Positions 52,491-64,000 of a DNA stretch of 64,000 nucleotides are shown here, piece after piece. Origin of the DNA: Selaginella moellendorffii (Eukaryota > Plantae > Lycopodiophyta); NCBI RefSeq assembly GCF_000143415.4, contig NW_003314333.1, positions 917,670-981,669 on the forward strand. The letters are read 5' to 3'. A program made the translations under genes and the position numbers. Every line of letters starts with the position of its first letter. Position 1 is the stretch's first letter. The notes under the pieces are model-generated. The model saw nothing but the letters and a program-made list of their open reading frames with translations, did not search any database and was not told where the DNA came from.

Positions 52491-53378
52491 AAACAAACAG
52501 GGAGCAAACCTTAGGCCAACCTCCCAACCCTTAATGCATTCTAGCCTTAAGTTTTTTTGAGAAAGTTGTAAGAAGAGAACAATGGTACTTATTAGGTAAA
52601 ATGATTTTTTTTTTCATTATGATAGAATGTGCTAAAGTGACAGAGGACATATTAATAAATTGGGATTTTGTATAGATCTTCATATGTTATGTGGCATATC
52701 TACTCGTGAGAAATAAAGCAAACACTAGGATGTGATCAAGACCAAGACAAAAATACAAAAGGGACCATGAGAGTATAGGTCCCATGCTCCTTAGTCCCTA
52801 TATACACATATGCAAGAAATTACTTAGTCAAGATAGACTAAGTCTATGTCAATTTTCAGAATAGTGTTATATAAAATTTAATAATGAAGTCAAAATGGAC
52901 TAAGTCCATGTCAATTTTGGGGAATAGTGCTAAAGAATACTTCTATAGTAAGAAATTACTCACTCCTTTCTTTGCTTTTCATACTAGTTACATTTTCCAA
53001 AATTTCAAACATCCATATATATAAAGTTCATCCCATGTCATTCACCTTATGACTTTTAAGAAAGGACATTTGATATTATTTTATTATTATCACATTGACA
53101 TCAAGATGTCTCTAACCAACAGAACAAATAAAATGGATATTTTGTTATATATAAGACTACCAGTATATCAATACAGGTTTTAGGGGGTCTTTTGGTGCCC
53201 AGCTTGAGGTATGACCACAATACAATGGATACCATAGACAGATATATACAATGTCAAGTTTAATATAGAAGCTGTGCTATGGTGTCCTCCTCATGGAAAT
53301 AATCAGCATCCTGTTCCTACTTTCATCCTATAGTATTGTTTCTCCCTATAATCTTCTTCTGCAGTGTTTGAAGTTCTA

Positions 53379-53493
53379 ATGGGTCCAATAGAGGATCCTC
53401 TTTCACCTGGGCGGGAACAAGAAATAAAATTCAAGCTTCCAGGCACAGAATTGCTGTTCTTGTAACCAATAAGGATTGCAGCTTCCCCACGAA
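53379..53493 (+). pseudogene. Family A fragment
   Basis: MGPIEDPLSPGREQEIKFKLPG; upstream region matches the other A copies. Confidence 0.65.
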
Positions 53494-55509
53494 TCCACGT
53501 TTCTGGGGTTCCACAGTCAGAAATCTGAGGTCGCAAGAAGACCCATGCTGGGAAAGATTGACGATGGACCAGTTTTGTCTTCTTTGATTTCCAAGTACAC
53601 AAGTTACGAAGAAGATATTGCGACCCTCATCGATCTGCAAATCAAAGAGTTTCTCCCTTCATTATTTTCGTCATCTTCGAAGAATGTCAGAAACAGAAGC
53701 ATTGCTGCTGATGGTATGCTTCTTACATTCTTACGCAGCAGCAGATCTCAATGACGAGATGAGAGATTTTCTCTGAGAAGTGACTCCTCCGTTTTTCACA
53801 AATCATACGGTTTGTTTCCTCTTTTTCAAACCCTTGTGAACACATAGATTCCGATTTGCAGTTATCAAATAGAGACATCATCCTCTGCGTCCCAATTAAA
53901 ATCAACTGTCTCTAAGAAACCAGACACTGCAGCTTCTGGTAAGTTGTGCACCATTCCTCGTTTAGCCCCTCAAATGATGAGCAAAAAAGAGCACAATCGA
54001 TCAGAAAATTCCGGTCAGCTGTTTGGTCTAGAAGTTGGATCGTGCAAGAAAAACACAATACCGGTGTTGCAAACTTCGAATACCATAGCCGCAGGATTTG
54101 GTTCTGTGAGGAAGCTAATCATAAAACATTCCTATGGAAAAAATCGAGTGCCATTGGCTGATGAAGAACCTGGATCTGAGCAAAACTCTCAAGAGTTGAC
54201 GATACTTTGCATGATCACAACAGCATGGCTACAGTTGAACGGCAACTTTAAAGAGATGGAAACAACTAGAAATGATTGGGAGCCATACGTAGAACAAACT
54301 TCCGAGTTCAGTCTGGCGCAGTTGTGAAACAAAGTAGGCCCAGTGAACACAATTGAAGGAGGATGGCAGGTATGTGGAAATTCAAGTGTTTCTATACTGA
54401 ACCTTGAGGAAGTGGACCTCGACTCTTTGTCTACTGGACGGTAAATCAGATTGGTAATAAAACATTTTATAAGACTTGTCAACATTTGGCAGGCCGATGG
54501 CTACATAAATACTGGATGCGATAACCTGTACAGACTCTAGACCTGGAAAACACGTAAGGTTATCTCATATATTATGTAGAGTCTGGAGTGGATACGCTCG
54601 ACAATGTTCCTCCTAGTATGTATTTGTTGCTTAAGCCTTGGCTGAATTTTTTCAGGACGATGGCTCAAAGAATTGGTGGTTACAAAATTGACGGGATACT
54701 GACTTGTAAATCTTTTCTAATTTCTACAGAATGACACTTCGGAAGTTACTATGATAAAGAAAACGGAGCATGACACACAAAGATCGATATGGGAAGTGGA
54801 GAATTTCCATCCCAGGGATATGGTAATTTGCATACAAGAGAAGAATACAGTAGCTGGATTCTAGTGGTGCGATGCAGCCAACAATTGGGATGAAAAGAGA
54901 AGCTGAAACACCTAAATGCTATACTGCTACTAGTGTCGCTGCTATGAATGGTGCATATTTCTTCTTTGGAGTGCTTGAAAAATGCGAAGGTGTATATTTG
55001 CTAACAATCTAAAAAATTCTGATAAATTCAAGGCATCCCTGATTTGGCAAAGCTCATCTCACTGTATTGGTTCAATGCCCCAGCACACAGACGTGTCATG
55101 GAAGATACTCTTGTTACTGGAAGCCTCAAAGATGCCAAGATATTCTTCAATGGAATGCCCGACAAGAATCTCATCTGGACAACCATGATTACCGCGTATA
55201 TCCCAACACGGGCATCTGTGCCTTGGATTTCCAGGGAGGAGACCGTCGCCGCTATGGGGTGGAATGACGCTCGCCGCGATCGCAAGGCTGCTTCTACTTC
55301 AGGCGCGTCCGCGAGGCTAAGTCGATCTCTGGAAATCGCTACTCCGGTCACTAGTCCCGTTTTGATGCGGATGAGCTACAGTTTCATAGATCTTTGCAGT
55401 GGAGCATGGCTCAAGACGCTGATGCCGATAAGAAATCACCGGTTTTCTCTAGCTTGCTCTTATTTGCTACTTTTATCTAGGATCTGTTTACCATGGATGT
55501 CCAATACTT
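53494..55509 (+). repeat. Inverted duplicate of ~21885-23925: neprosin pseudogene (53684-54970) + PPR::PIG-U chimera (55044-55509)
   Basis: Reverse-complement identity with the earlier block. Confidence 0.88.
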
Positions 55510-55757
55510 AATTTAGTTTGAATTCCTTAATGTTAGACTTAGTCTAATCCAAATTAGTCTCATGATATACTAGAATCTAGAAACTTGTTTTTTATATGTC
55601 ACGTTTCTATATGTCATAAGGTAAAAAGTATCATATACAATTTATAATTATTATTACAGATATTATTAAAATCTGTGATCTTATAAGTTATTAAGCTGTG
55701 TTCATCGAAAAAGTCTCTCTTTGCCTAAATTTTTCAACAATCACAAAAGTTTTTACT

Positions 55758-56410
55758 ATGGCTGATTTAGTAGATTCATCAAAAATTGAATGTAAGGGGG
55801 AACAAGATTGTGACTACCATTGTGTCACAGCAGGATGATGATGTTAGATTTATCAGTAATAATCTTTTATCTAATTATAAGATCTCCTAAAACATCAAGA
55901 AGAATTAATAACCACTAGAAAAAGAATCATCAAAACAGGTGACAGAATTTATTAAGTATTTGGAATGTATTTTGCTTTTGAGGGAGTTATACTCAATTTG
56001 GTAGTTCAAATTCATAGTAACAAAAATATATCTCTGAAACAATCTTGGGTTTTCATAATTATCTCACTCCTTATATCAATGGCAACATTTTTGCAATTCA
56101 TTATAAAATATCAATTATTTTGAAATTTCAATGTAAATCTCAACATCTAAAGAATATTGTACGACAAATAAATGCAGATGTAGAAGACATCAAAAAGGAC
56201 TTCGAGAAAAACATATTTGAAGATAGAAGAGCTATTCAATCCTTTTTTGAGAAAACACCACCAAGGGCTATTACTGATATTTTAATTGACATTTATCATC
56301 ATCTAAGTATTTCAAAAGTAGATTTTACGAAATTAATTAGCATATTATGACAACCATTATTAGTAATATTTATGGTTATGGTTTCAATATATTTACTATA
56401 TAAAAATTAA
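55758..56410 (+). pseudogene. Family B copy with frameshifts and stops
   Basis: Inverted paralog of 49337-49984. Confidence 0.72.
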
Positions 56411-56944
56411 TCTAATGATATTATGACTTTTTAAAGAGACTTCGAGAAAGTAGTAAGAAAAATTCTTTGAGAAAGAACAATGATACTTATGCCAAATAGA
56501 ATAGAAGATTAAGTAAAAAACAAAAATTGGTTTCTTTTTCATTTGTGATAGAATATGCTAAAATGGTAGAAAATCTTATTGGGATTTTGTATCAATCTTC
56601 ATATGTTAAGATGCATATCTCCTTGTGAGAATTACATCAAATGCTAGGATGCGATCAAGGCCAAGACAAAGATATACGAGGGACTATGAAAGTGTGAGAT
56701 AGAGTAGGTCCCAGTGAAATAGTGTTATATAAAATTTAATTATAAAGTCAAAATGGACTAAGTCCATATCAATTTCGGGGAATAGTGATAAAGAATACTT
56801 CCAAACATCCATATATATAAATCTCATCTCACATCATTCATTTCATATTCTTAAGCAAAGGATCATAATTTAGTTTTATGCACTACTACTGTAAAATATT
56901 TATGGAAGCTATTTACTTTTCAAATCACTCACCTATTCACAAAG

Positions 56945-57606
56945 TACAAATTGAATGCAAGGAGGAACAGGTTAAATCAGAGATAAATAATGATTTTAAA
57001 TCCATCAGTAGTGATCTTCTATTAAATTATAAAGAAGAACTCCCAAAGCATCAAAAAAATTTAGCAAAAACTAGAAAAAGAATAATCAAAACAAATGATA
57101 GAATTTATCAAGTATTTGAAATGTATTTTGTTTTTGAGGTCTTGATAAATTCTACTTGATAAATTCTATCATTTGTTTACTCAATCTTATAGTTCAGATG
57201 CTTACTAAAAATGTATCCTGGAAACATTCATGTCTTTTTATATTTATTTCACTTGCTACGTATATGGCAACACTTTTGGCAATTCATTTCAAACTATCAA
57301 TTTATTTGAGATTGCAATGTAAATCTTAATATTTGAAAAATATTGTTCGACAAATAAATGCAGAATTAAAGGACATTAATAAGAATTTTGAAAATAATAT
57401 CTTTGAAGATAGACGAGTGGTTCAATCATATTTTTTAAAAAATACCACCACGGGCTTTTAATGCTATTTTGAATGATATTTATCATCATAGATTAATTTT
57501 TAAGGTGGATAGTATTAAGTTATTTAGTATAATAATACAATCCATATTGTTAATATTTATAGTTGTTGTAAAATGTATTTCTATACATTTACTTAACAAA
57601 CATTAA
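56945..57606 (+). pseudogene. Family B copy, degenerate; further fragment at ~57790-57970
   Basis: LAKTRKRIIKTNDRIYQVFEMYFVFE, NIVRQINAEL, NIFEDRRVVQS. Confidence 0.7.
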
Positions 57607-58316
57607 TTTAATGAAACAATCACAATATTTTTTTATAAGGTATGACTTTTAACAAAAATAGTCCAATTGCATGAATTATATTTTATGTTTTTTAAATTTA
57701 AATTAATTGTTTTTAACATCAGTTTCGTAGCATGCTTAAGTATGAATATTATTTGTTTTATGTCATGACATGTCCATGCGAATTTCATAAAAATCAATGC
57801 AAATTTCAAGGATTTTGAGAAAAATATTTTTGAAGATAAATATTCAATTTATTTTTAGAAAACCACCACCAAGGGCTCTAATACTTTGATTGATATTTAA
57901 CATCACTTAAGAATTTGTAAGGACTATTAGTAATATTTATGGTAGTTATTTCAATATATTTACTTTACAGAAATATCTATTCAAATTTTAAGAAGAATAA
58001 GTCTATATAAATGTCAAATGCACATTCTTTAGGGATTAATATAACTCACAAGTTTGTCCAAGTTTGGCAGACACGATAAGCTATCATCCAGCGATATTGA
58101 GGGACTAGTCTCAATACGTGAGGGTTACTAAGTCAATGTCAACTCAATGAAATAGTGTTAACATATAAAAGTAATCATTTTTATTTGCCTTTAAAACCTT
58201 GGAAGGGCCACTGATTGATTACAAATTGGCAGTTATATGTCAGTTTAAGGAGCTTCTTACTTTCTTAATGAGTTATTGTTCTTCTTTATAATCTTCTTGT
58301 AGCGTTTGAAGTTCTA

Positions 58317-58724
58317 ATGGGCATCTCTTATGGAAAAGAAGCAAAATTTGTAGTGAAGAACAATACTGATAGAACAATACTGACACTACATGATGAATTT
58401 GGGACAATCTATGGTCCTCAAATAGGAAGCCCTATTTTGCCTGGGGAGGAGCAACCAATAAAATTCAAGCTTCCAGGCAGAACCATTCTCAGAATTGCTA
58501 TTCTTGTGACAAATAACAATTGCAGCTTCCCCACAGATTTGCATATTGATGTTAAAGACCTGCAGAATGATATGAACTTATTTACGGTACATGATTCTCC
58601 CGGAAGAACTTATGCTCTAAAAAAAGAAAGAAAAGAATTAGAAAACGACGAGTTCTTCAAGAAGCCTGGATACTCTCCATTGGACCCTTCCAAAACTAAA
58701 AGCTCTATAAAGACGTCTAAATAG
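58317..58724 (+). CDS. Orphan 135-aa beta-rich protein (family A), apparently intact
   Basis: Intronless ATG-TAA ORF in an AT-rich context; three degenerate paralogs share the same start context. Confidence 0.65.
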   Translation: MGISYGKEAKFVVKNNTDRTILTLHDEFGTIYGPQIGSPILPGEEQPIKFKLPGRTILRIAILVTNNNCSFPTDLHIDVKDLQNDMNLFTVHDSPGRTYALKKERKELENDEFFKKPGYSPLDPSKTKSSIKTSK

Positions 58725-58789
58725 TGTATCTACATATAAAGGAGGACCTTCAAAGGATAGATCTGGCAACCAGGCTTGATACTTTTCAC

Positions 58790-59330
58790 TTTGTGGCCTG
58801 AGCGATCATATTGCTCAGCGAACTGGCTTTTTCTTTGTGTCCTATATTCGAATTATCAGGATAAAAGTTGCAATAACTCTGCTCACCTGAGCCTAGATGA
58901 CACGAGAGGTGGACTTTTTGATCAATTCCTGGAGCTCGAGTTCCCGGGAACGAGCGAGCCCGTGCCTGGGAACAGCCTCAGGTTGTGGCGAGACCGTTAT
59001 TCGAGGATGAGAGGGTCCTCCAGAACCTGGCAGTTGCCAGCCACGTTCTCACGGAGAACCTGACTCGATCCGACGGCTGCCAACAGCTGGATCGAGTTAA
59101 CGGCGAGCCACAGCCCGTTAAGGCGGCATTCTTCGTGGACGACTAGATTGCAGGCCCTGGCATTGCAAGGGATGCTTTCGAAGGAAGTGGACTGGGATGG
59201 ATCAAACACCAGGCCGGATTGCTTGAAGCAAGCCTAGGTGAGATCACTGCCAGTGTCGATGATGAGAAGGAAGGGCCGCAGAGGATTTCCAAATTCCCAC
59301 GAACACGTCCATGAAGTACTCACCAGCTCC
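58790..59330 (-). pseudogene. Aspartic protease pseudogene fragment
   Basis: GAGEYFMDVFV, LLIIDTGSDLT*, VFDPSQSTSFESIPCNARAC; paralogous to 28715-29250. Confidence 0.85.
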
Positions 59331-60129
59331 TGTGAGTGAGTAGTAGCAAAACTCTTGGAGATCGACTGCTACCAAGATGGAGAGGCCAGTTTATAATGTG
59401 ATCAATTGTTGGTCACATGTCCAGGAAGAGTCTGCTGCTAAGGCCAACAATGCAGAGCTCAACCAGAAGATGCGAGGGAAGTAAGGCAGCAGGACTCAGA
59501 TTTCAGCGACGGAGGCTGACAAAGTCTGGAGTGCCTCTAAAGACTATAGAGCTGCTTCCTCCTGCAGGTGACAATATTCACTGCAGAATTTCCCTACAAG
59601 CGATCAACCACCTCAAGCCTATTGTGGGCTCAAGCATGGCTAGCCTTGGGACTAAGCTGGAACACCAAACAGAAATCAGTCAAGCTAAACACTGAAACTT
59701 ACGTCCTCACTCCTCCCCATAATCAATCCTAGAACTGAAAGTGCATTCCGGAGAATTGCTTGAGAATAAGAATAGAGCTCCTTTCAAAGTAACATATGGA
59801 ACCGAGTGAACAGAGGTGTGTTTACAGCAACAACATCTGGAAATGTCCCGGGACCAAACATCTGAAATACGTTCAGATTAGTGGATTTGCAAAGTACTGT
59901 GTTGTGAGTTGTAAGCTAGAAATCTTCAGGTAAACTAACCTAAGGCTTGACACTCTAGGGTTACCAGGGATTATGGAGGACGTATAGCCTGACTAATTTC
60001 TGTTTCGTGTTCCAGCTTAGTCCCATGAAAGAGTGTGGGACTACAAGGCCTAGCGGGCATATAATCATGGACAGGACATCGGGCAAGGAAAAATCCAGCT
60101 CTTGAGCACTAAATGTCAGAGAGGATACG

Positions 60130-60800
60130 CTTGAGGGTGTTCAGTAGCGAGAGATTTGTTTTAAACTCCAAGCCTAGCGTTGTTAACCACCCAGCATTCT
60201 GCTCTAGTTATGCAATAACGAGTACTTGCCCAGCAAATGCTGGGTGGTTTACAAAGAGGTGGATGCGCCAGAAATATGTTTCTTACCTGAACTCAAGCAC
60301 TTGTATGTATCTTTCTCATTTTCTTGGAGGTTTTTGGACCTGTTGTCCTTCAGGTTACTGGACAATAATGGCTTCTCTGGAGAAGTTCCCGATGAAATTG
60401 GAAACTTTTCCAAGCTGACCATCATGTAAGCCGTTGATGGCTAGAATACAATCTTGTGTAATAGTGTATTTTCAGGAGACTTGACAAAAATCGATTTGCT
60501 GGATCACTGCTGAGCAGTTTGGGGCGGATATCAACCCTCTTTGAAATTTAAATAGCTAATATGGTAACTACTTTGTACTCAAGTTTTGTTTCATTTACAG
60601 ACACATCAATGATAACGCTTTTACTGGAACGTTACCTGATCTAAGCGGGTTGAGAGCTCTCCAACTAATGTAATATTTCTTCTTAATTTGGAGTTGACCT
60701 GATGCATGTGTGTATGCATAACAGAAGCGTTGGAAACAACTCCTTTTCTCCTCAGCCAGTTCCATCATTTGCAGGCTTGATTAAACTCTGGACAATGTAG
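60130..60800 (+). pseudogene. LRR receptor-like kinase ectodomain fragments
   Basis: One-LRR-per-exon pieces: LDNNGFSGEVPDEIGNFSKL, LDKNRFAGSL, INDNAFTGTLPDLSGL, VGNNSFS; no kinase domain seen. Confidence 0.7.
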
Positions 60801-60879
60801 GTGAATTTTGTTAGTTTTTGTTTGAACTTAACATGTCATTAATGATCCAAGTTTCTTTTCAGACCAAACTTGGAAACAA

Positions 60880-60964
60880 TGGGATGAGAGAGGCTCAAAC
60901 TCTCGACCTCAGGATTTCTCAGCAGCTATGAGACCTACGCGCTGACCAACTGCGCCACCATTTA
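60880..60964 (-). tRNA. Intron-containing elongator tRNA-Met (CAT), probable pseudogene
   Basis: TGGTGGCGCAGTTGGTCAGCGCGTAGGTCTCATA-[11-nt intron]-ATCCTGAGGTCGAGAGTTTGAGCCTCTCTCATCCCA. The 5' acceptor strand TAAATGG is mispaired and the B-box has C-to-T. Confidence 0.8.
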
Positions 60965-61495
60965 TTTTAACATGATCATTCTAAACAAATTTATCTTAGG
61001 ATTGATTCTGGAATGCTGACTATAATGTCATACATCTATCCACGAACTACAGTTTTATCCATGGGCTACTGCAACAAACCGATTGATGCCAGCTTTCCCA
61101 TCCTTTCCCAACACTTGCTACACATCATAGAATACAAAGATATTCAAACTTACGACTTACCTCGATCTAAAAACGAAGCTAAACCAGGCGATGCTTGCGG
61201 TGGCTTCTCCTTCTCTTTCGAGAGAAACCAGACATTAGTGCCGTGTCAGATTTCCAAAACTTCAGGAGCAGTGTTGGCTAGCCACTCGACAGCCCTACGT
61301 CAACTCGAAACACCTGGTTCCTACAAACGGAGTTGGTCCCGAGCATGTGCTGAAACAACAATCCCTCACCAGGAAGGGATGCCTCGAGAGAATCCGGGGT
61401 TGAAGAGGGAGTGTCCTTGATAATTGCTTTCCTGTAGGCTCCTCCTCTGCTCGATGATCTTTGGCAAATTTACATTCGTTCTTCCCTGTCCGTCC

Positions 61496-61714
61496 TCACG
61501 CTGCTTGGCTCGTTTTCCTCAAGTAGCTCTCAAACGCGTCCAGCGTGTGGACATCGGTTCTATAGTGCTTCTGGGTGAATTCTAGCAGCTGCCCCCAAGT
61601 AAACTCCACGCACGGCCTCTTGCGATCTTGCTCTTCGTCTTCTTTGCTCTTGACCACCAGCTCTGGAATCGGCCGGATCACCATGTCCAGCCCCGGGTTG
61701 ATGAAGAAAACCAG
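61496..61714 (-). CDS. C-terminal end of a 2-oxoglutarate/Fe(II) dioxygenase; rest lost in the gap
   Basis: LVFFINPGLDMVIRPIPEL..FTW..LLEFTQKHYR.D..TL.AF. Confidence 0.65.
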   Translation of the reverse strand: MVFFINPGLDMVIRPIPELVVKSKEDEEQDRKRPCVEFTWGQLLEFTQKHYRTDVHTLDAFESYLRKTSQAA

Positions 61715-61981
61715 NNNNNNNNNNNNNNNNNNNNNNNNNNNNNNNNNNNNNNNNNNNNNNNNNNNNNNNNNNNNNNNNNNNNNNNNNNNNNNNNNNNNNN
61801 NNNNNNNNNNNNNNNNNNNNNNNNNNNNNNNNNNNNNNNNNNNNNNNNNNNNNNNNNNNNNNNNNNNNNNNNNNNNNNNNNNNNNNNNNNNNNNNNNNNN
61901 NNNNNNNNNNNNNNNNNNNNNNNNNNNNNNNNNNNNNNNNNNNNNNNNNNNNNNNNNNNNNNNNNNNNNNNNNNNNNNNNN
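61715..61981. other. Assembly gap
   Basis: Run of N. Confidence 1.
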
Positions 61982-63269
61982 ACTGTGACCCAAGTCTCGG
62001 GAATGAAGAGGGAGTGTCCTTGATAATTGCTTTCCTGTAGGCCAAAGAGCTCGTGAGGCAGTGGCGAACAGGGATCAAAGCTTTGCTGAGTTGGAGATGA
62101 GCCAATTTGCCTCTCACAGTCCTGAGTTGATCCCGAGAGGAGCCTGGATTGTGTGCCCGACTACCATTCTGCTCGCCCCTGTTACTAACCACGCACAGGC
62201 TCTCACGGGAATGCCCCCAAAACCGTGTCCGACCAGAGCAGCCATGGAGCCCTAGGAGTGCATGGCATAACACCTGTCACCACGCCCTCTTCCCTTCCCG
62301 GCCACACATGCATCCCGCCCATTGGCCGCCACAACATTGAGCCGATATTCCCGCTAACCATGGCCACCGGCCCTGGCCCGGGCCTGGGGTGGCCTCCCCT
62401 TCCCGAGGACCATGGCTTCCGAGGCTGCCCCGGGCCTGGGATCGGACGGCTGCGGGGGTGTGGGTTCTTCGTTCTTATTATTATAGATACTAGTCATAAA
62501 ATATTTTCTGTTCTGCCAGACCAGGTGGGAATCAATGGTCCACGAGGAAGGAGTTAAAAATCAATGGCCCTGAGTGACGATTGAATGAGGGCTTTTATTT
62601 CATTTCCATGCATTCCCCGCCCTCTCTAGCTCTCTTCCTACCGTAACTAGGGTTTTCATCGTTGCCTGCGCGATGTGCCAGAGAGTGAAAGCGCCCCGCG
62701 GCCCTTCAATGGCACTGCGATTGCTCCACCACTGCAAAGCTGTGGCGCCTTGTTGGCGCTGGCGGAGGACGCGGCTAAAGAGCTTCAATGTGGCGCAGAG
62801 GCATTGTGATCGGATCCAGGTGCGCCTTAGCCTCGTGGATTTTGGAGTCGAATGCAAGCAATTCATCTCGTGTTTGTGGCATTGACAGGCAAGGACTGGT
62901 GCTCTTGAGATTAAATTGAGGAGCTCTTGCTTTTTCGCCTTTGCAGGTTTCTGGCTGGAAGTTGGGACCGAGAAAAGGCTGGCCGGTTGGTGAGAAAGGA
63001 AAATCTTTTGGAAGGCTGCATTGGCATCTCTTCTCCTGGTATGTCATACGTTGGTTGTGTCCTTTGATTCTAGGAAACATAGCTAGGAGGTGTTGTGGTG
63101 TTTCTTACTCTCCGATTGAGCTGAGTTTTTTTTTCTCTCTCGTGTTCTCGCAACACGAAACGATGCAGGACGGTGAGAGTCGACGAGTACCGCTAGAGAA
63201 GGATGCGAAGCTGCGGTATGAGTTCGTAGAGCTGAGGCTTGACAGCTCGAGAGAAACTTATTGGGGAAG

Positions 63270-64000
63270 ATGTTCAATTGCACTAGGAGGGCGTCCAAGA
63301 AGGTCAAGGAGAAAGTGGATTTTAGTATCCATTTTCACGCGACGCAGGTAAGTCTTTTGTTTCCGCTCCTCGTGGATTTCTCATGTCTATTGTAGATTCA
63401 TACGGCATGGGATAAACTGGCTGTGTCCCTTGTCTCCTTGGATTCTGGAAAAGTGACTGGGAAAACTCGCAAAGCTTCTGTTCGAAATGGTCAGTGTCAT
63501 TGGCCAGATGCAGTTTTGGAAACTGCCAAGCTTATACTGGACATGAAGACGCATATGTATGACGAGAAACTATACAAGTTCGTCGTGGCTAAGGTAATTC
63601 CTTTGTTTTGCTTAGACGTTCTCACTGGTCCTTGATGTTGCAGGGGTTTTCTCGCTCTTGTGTTCTGGGAGAAGTCATTATCAATATAACCGAGTATGTT
63701 ACCGCCGCTTCCCCAACGTCAGTAACTTTACCCTTGCGGTTCTGCTATGCAGGCACTCTTTTACATGTAAGTTGCTAGATCCCGCAAAAGAACTCTTCTC
63801 ACGAAGGGCGCTTGTTGGCTGCAGATTAAAATACAGTGCTTGACTCCTAAATCCATAAATAAGCCGCTTTCATGGATTCACTCTGGACATGTTTCCGATA
63901 CCGAAACAGAAATGTATTCTGCATGTGGAACGCCGTTACCATGCACAAACAGCCCCGCTCATTATCTTTGTCGGACGGTACGCAACGCTTCTTTTCTTTA
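63270..64000 (+). CDS. NT-C2 (EEIG1/EHBP1-type) domain protein, 5' exons 63270-63347, 63396-63593, 63644-63766, 63825-; continues beyond window
   Basis: FHATQ|I..WDKL.VSLV..DSGK.TGKTRKASVRNGQCHW..ET, YKFVVA, LGEVIIN..EY, LPLRFC.AGTLLH|IKIQCL. Confidence 0.85.

Noticed and set aside
61496-62273. ORFs spanning the N run
   Set aside because: Lengths are artefacts of the gap; only the dioxygenase tail is supported.

Overview
Gene-dense land-plant nuclear DNA with very short (~50 nt) GT-AG introns, teloboxes and an S-motif-rich PPR gene. This is most consistent with the lycophyte Selaginella (inference). Intact-looking genes: HINT1, a TruA/PUS1 pseudouridine synthase, PIG-U, a Crinkler/RHS-type (CR) coiled-coil + P-loop NTPase + restriction-endonuclease-fold gene, tRNA-Pro(AGG), a PLS-E PPR, an A1 aspartic protease, two AP-1 sigma copies, a divergent single-domain secreted thioredoxin, an orphan 135-aa beta-rich protein, and the 5' end of an NT-C2 protein. 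The rest is a heavily rearranged, deletion-riddled mosaic of neprosin, PIG-U, PPR, PDI, XRCC3, UGT, aspartic protease and LRR-RLK pseudogene pieces plus two copia remnants. There are two large cargo-carrying insertions. The first (~11.3 kb) splits a neprosin gene and carries the intact CR NTPase-nuclease gene plus CDKAL1 and F-box remnants. The second is a ~5.76 kb non-autonomous Helitron (BTB, laccase and Serinc fragments) that splits one copy of a repeated two-gene module (3-TM protein followed by a small beta-rich protein). An assembly gap lies at 61715-61981. All calls are by eye, without database searches.
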